64,000 nt of DNA, from IMG/VR virus record IMGVR_UViG_3300031111_000011, positions 1 through 64,000 of that record. One strand, 5' to 3'. How positions within the stretch are numbered: position 1 is the first letter of the stretch; each line of letters starts with the position of its first letter. This DNA comes from a virus. The notes under the pieces are model-generated. The model ran no database searches and had not been told where the DNA came from. It was given only the letters and a program-made list of their open reading frames with translations. A program made the position numbers and the translations under genes. Of this stretch, positions 63,404-64,000 are shown piece by piece.

Positions 63404-63489
63404 GTGAGCCAAGGGGAGACTCGAACTCCCAAACCTTCCAGATCAGGGCCATGGTGACCTGGATATGCACCCTATACACCAGCTTGGCG
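63404..63489 (-). tRNA. atypical class-II-sized tRNA-like element (~86 nt)
   Basis: T-arm GGGAG/TTCGAGT/CTCCC and 6-bp acceptor; internal 8-bp hairpin CCAGGTCA/TGATCTGG; no encoded CCA; anticodon arm not resolved. Confidence 0.3.
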
Positions 63490-63496
63490 TGTTCGA

Positions 63497-63572
63497 TGGT
63501 GGACCAAGAGGGACTCGAACCCTCAGCGTCCTCCTTGCAAGGGAGGAGTGTTCCCGATTACACCACCGGCCC
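63497..63572 (-). tRNA. tRNA-Ala(UGC)
   Basis: D-stem GTGT/ACAC with loop AATCGGGA, anticodon stem CCTCC/GGAGG, loop CUUGCAA, T-arm GAGGG/TTCGAGT/CCCTC, CCA; acceptor has three G.U pairs. Confidence 0.65.
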
Positions 63573-63661
63573 ACAGGACAGATTTCCTTTTTGACGTCTT
63601 GGGCCAGGAATACTGTCTAAGAACCCAATGGAACCACAGGGGTATCTCCCCATGGCGGTTT

Positions 63662-63735
63662 TGGCGGTCCATACGGGACTCGAACCCGTCTTGCATGATC
63701 GACAGTCACGCACCTTCCCTGATGGCTAATGGACC
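63662..63735 (-). tRNA. tRNA-Asp(GUC)
   Basis: Acceptor GGTCCAT/ATGGACC, anticodon stem CGTGA/TCATG, loop CUGUCGA, T-arm ACGGG/TTCGAGT/CCCGT, CCA. Confidence 0.65.
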
Positions 63736-64000
63736 GAAAATGTTACCCTGTGTAAAACTCCTCCGCGTTTCCATGGTCACCAGAGGAGAAAACCCGGTCG
63801 CACAGGGGTATCGAAGACTCCGGGTTTTGGCTTATGGCTCGACTCAGGGGAGTTTCACCCCCACACTCTATGGTCACTTTGTCTGACCAGGACCAGGGAC
63901 TTCCATTGGAGTGTTTAAGCAGTGAGCGGTCTTACGGTCATCCGCACTGCGAGTCGCATATGCTTGCTCTCCACTCATAGCGAGAATACTTACAACCATT

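Noticed and set aside
62066-63886. Track ORFs overlapping the tRNA array (61913..62155, 62391..62573, 62483..62755, 62874..63191, 63222..63479, 63548..63886)
   Set aside because: They overlap hand-folded tRNAs on the - strand, and the region has tRNA-cluster spacing, so protein-coding use is unlikely. The first 15 codons of track ORF 61649..62110 overlap tRNA-Gln, so the small-terminase start was moved to ATG 62065.

Overview
This window is most of a tailed dsDNA phage genome, organised as two convergent transcription arms. The + arm (1.5-34.3 kb) is a dense run of short early ORFs, many of them Cys-rich zinc-ribbon proteins, followed by a T7-like replication and nucleotide-metabolism module: primase, DnaB-type helicase, family A DNA polymerase, SSB, endonuclease I, ATP-dependent DNA ligase, dUTPase, class II RNR, a ThyX-like protein, a HAD nucleotidase, an RtcB RNA ligase, and a NadV+NMNAT NAD+ salvage pair. 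It also carries a PAS-LuxR regulator and a lysis cassette. A bidirectional terminator at about 34.39 kb separates it from the - arm. The - arm holds a tyrosine integrase, then a podovirus-like morphogenesis module: internal virion proteins including a 2235-aa giant, tail fibre, major capsid, scaffold, portal, a 978-aa repeat protein, and large and small terminase. It ends in a tRNA array of at least 14 canonical and 3 atypical tRNA-like genes. The first 1.5 kb is ORF-free, repeat- and hairpin-rich, and ends in an intrinsic terminator. The features I would look at first are a recurrent ~17-bp palindrome (TTCTCAnATnTGAGAAG) placed between intrinsic terminators and ribosome-binding sites at operon starts, an N4-like gene order in which the slot of the virion RNA polymerase is occupied by the 2235-aa protein, a VqmA-like PAS-LuxR regulator with an adjacent perfect palindrome, and a possible tRNA-repair module (RtcB plus a pol-beta nucleotidyltransferase plus the tRNA array). 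Coordinates of start codons for small ORFs and all tRNA anticodon assignments were made by eye and are tentative.
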